The notes under the pieces: model-generated
Seen by the model: the letters and a program-made list of their open reading frames with translations, nothing else
Databases searched by the model: none
What the model was told of the DNA's origin: nothing
Shown here: positions 62,035 through 64,000 of the stretch, one piece after another
Position numbering within the stretch: the first letter of the stretch is position 1
How the letters are laid out: every line of letters starts with the position of its first letter
Position numbers and translations under genes: made by a program
Assembly (NCBI GenBank): GCA_004764695.1
Contig: SMSO01000006.1
Coordinates: 1,317,859-1,381,858 of the forward strand
From: Schizochytrium sp. TIO01
Taxonomy: Eukaryota; Protista; Bigyra: Labyrinthulomycetes
Length of the DNA stretch: 64,000 nt
Direction of reading: 5' to 3'

Positions 62035-62828
62035 TTCTATCAAAGCTGTTCTTGGATATAAAACAGTTGTGTATGGTAGGGCTTCTTAAGGAAAGGATGC
62101 GTTTTTCTTTTCTTGGGGTATAAACCTGTCGTTCCAAATAAGGTTGAACCGACTAATTATACGGCTGGCTACATTATTGCCTAAAGATCCGAAATTTATA
62201 CCAGCTTTTGTCATGTGAGTGGCGTTCAAGTAACCAGAAATGTTTCAAGGAAACTCGACTTTAGTTTCAATCCAAATAAATATTGGATGCGAGTTCATGA
62301 AGGCCCTTCTAACATTTATGTGTTATCAAGCAAATGCTATTCCAGTGTAGTTACCAAAGAATAAGCGCGGCAGAGAGTGGCGTCTTAATGTTAAAAACTA
62401 AATAAAATATTTGTCTATTCCCAGCTGTTCCGAAATCTTCGGCCCAACTACCAGGCTTGTAATATCGACCCAACTAGCGAGAGGCGCAGTTTTAGTACCT
62501 CTCCTCCCCCCCCCAAAAAATTAAAAATAAAATAAATGAGGCATACAAGTCCAAGATAATAATCCTTTCTAATTAAATGCTCAGAACTAGAGAATACAAC
62601 AATGACTTTCAAAGAAGATTGGCGTCAAATAAGATCAGAGTTATACTACTGGGCTACTACTCAAACTGGCCAAATCCAGAAAAGGTGATGTTGAAAAAGA
62701 CGAGCTCACCCCAAGCTCATCACTATAAATCCTAGCACATATTTCATTTGAAATAAACTAGGTACAGCAATCAAAATTAGCAACGATGCTCCCTAAATGA
62801 CACACCGAAGTTCTCGTGTAATCAAAAA

Positions 62829-63995
62829 TTAAAAGCCAAAGTCTTCAGATGAAGATCCTGTTCCCGCCCCACTTTGACTAGGGACAGAAATTTCATCATC
62901 AATATCACTCTCAGAGAGGAGTGAAGAATGTGGTGTTACAGGTGACAGAACTCCTGTTCTTGCTGTCAGCCCTACAGAAGCAGAAGCACCTGTTGTAGAG
63001 TCCATTTTGTCACCGCTACCTTCGCTTCCTTGATCAGACTCCTCGTTTTCAGCAGCCGCCAAAGCGTTTTGTTCTTCTAGCTTGGCCTTTGCCTTCTGAC
63101 GATACTGTTCGATAATAGAATCATTCTCGCGTTGCTTAGCCCGCATTTCAGCTTCCTTTGCTTCTCTTTCTGCATCTTCACGAGCTTTTGCTTCAGCAGC
63201 TGCACGTTCTTTCGCTGCTTCTTTGGAATCTTCGCGGCGCTTTACCTCATCCGCAAGCCGCCGCTGGGTCTCTTCCATACGGCGCACACGTTCACGCTCA
63301 CGCTCTTCCTGTAGTTTACGCTGACGTTCTTGGGTTTCACGAATAGCTCGAATTGCATCTTCTTCACTCAAATCTACGACTTGGGCTTGATCTTCAGAAG
63401 CTTCCGAAGCGAAAGACTTGGCCGGGCTTGGCAGAACTACAAGGGGCGTTCTTGGCTGTTGCTGTGGGGTGTCATTTCGTAAATCAGAGATACGGAGTGG
63501 TGAACCTGGTTGTCGCTGTATTGATCTGGACGAGCGAGAAGAAGGAGGGGACTTCGCAGAATTCGAGTTTAGCGATGCCCTTGGCTGGACAATTTGAGGA
63601 GACGAAGATGCAGAGTTTTTTCTTCCCGTGTTCGACCGGGAGCTCTCCGCCAAAGAGCGGCCGGACACATTTGCAGAGTTACTACGGAAGGCAGTGTCAA
63701 CATGCAGTGGGCTTGAGGAAGACGATGAAGTTGATGAGGATTCTAACCTTGATTCAGTTGTTCCTGGTGAATTTTGTTCCCGCGTGCTCATGTCTCTTGG
63801 CACTCTTGCATTGGAGCTCGCGTGAGACATAGAGTCAGTTTTGGGGGATAAAGACGATGCAGTCAAGGTGGCTTCCCTTCTATTGCTATCGATTTGCAAC
63901 AAAACCAGAGGATCTGAAGCGGACGGCTTCGATGCCGGATCTACAACTGGCATTTTCGATAAAGCTAAATCTGAATTACCCGATGGTGGGGACAT
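62829..63995 (-). CDS. Ser-rich/coiled-coil protein, possibly 5'-truncated by the window edge
   Basis: 388-aa ORF open up to the window end; Ser/Pro-rich region followed by an E/R/K/A coiled coil. Confidence 0.7.
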   Translation of the reverse strand: MSPPSGNSDLALSKMPVVDPASKPSASDPLVLLQIDSNRREATLTASSLSPKTDSMSHASSNARVPRDMSTREQNSPGTTESRLESSSTSSSSSSPLHVDTAFRSNSANVSGRSLAESSRSNTGRKNSASSSPQIVQPRASLNSNSAKSPPSSRSSRSIQRQPGSPLRISDLRNDTPQQQPRTPLVVLPSPAKSFASEASEDQAQVVDLSEEDAIRAIRETQERQRKLQEERERERVRRMEETQRRLADEVKRREDSKEAAKERAAAEAKAREDAEREAKEAEMRAKQRENDSIIEQYRQKAKAKLEEQNALAAAENEESDQGSEGSGDKMDSTTGASASVGLTARTGVLSPVTPHSSLLSESDIDDEISVPSQSGAGTGSSSEDFGF

Positions 63996-64000
63996 GGTTT

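Overview
Eukaryotic nuclear DNA with long, mostly intronless genes and many tetranucleotide microsatellites. By genome style it resembles a stramenopile such as a thraustochytrid/labyrinthulomycete; this is inference only. The first ~15 kb is gene-poor, with microsatellites and decayed ORF fragments. Host genes follow: a C2H2 zinc-finger factor, a CaMK-like kinase, a Cys-rich membrane protein, an MPPED-like metallophosphoesterase, an Sfi1-like protein, a ~3350-aa EF-hand/SAM/Tudor/SPRY protein, a spliced ERICH2-like gene, mitochondrial uL10 and a cNMP-dependent (PKG-like) kinase. The standout is a ~2.2-kb IS607-type element on the minus strand (~54907-57110). It encodes an apparently intact Fanzor2/TnpB-family RNA-guided nuclease whose N-terminal region is overprinted on an IS607 serine-recombinase (TnpA) gene. 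TnpA is broken by a single TAA that falls at a wobble position of the nuclease frame. Directly after the nuclease stop lies a structured, potentially pseudoknotted candidate omegaRNA, and a TTAGA direct repeat marks the putative element ends.
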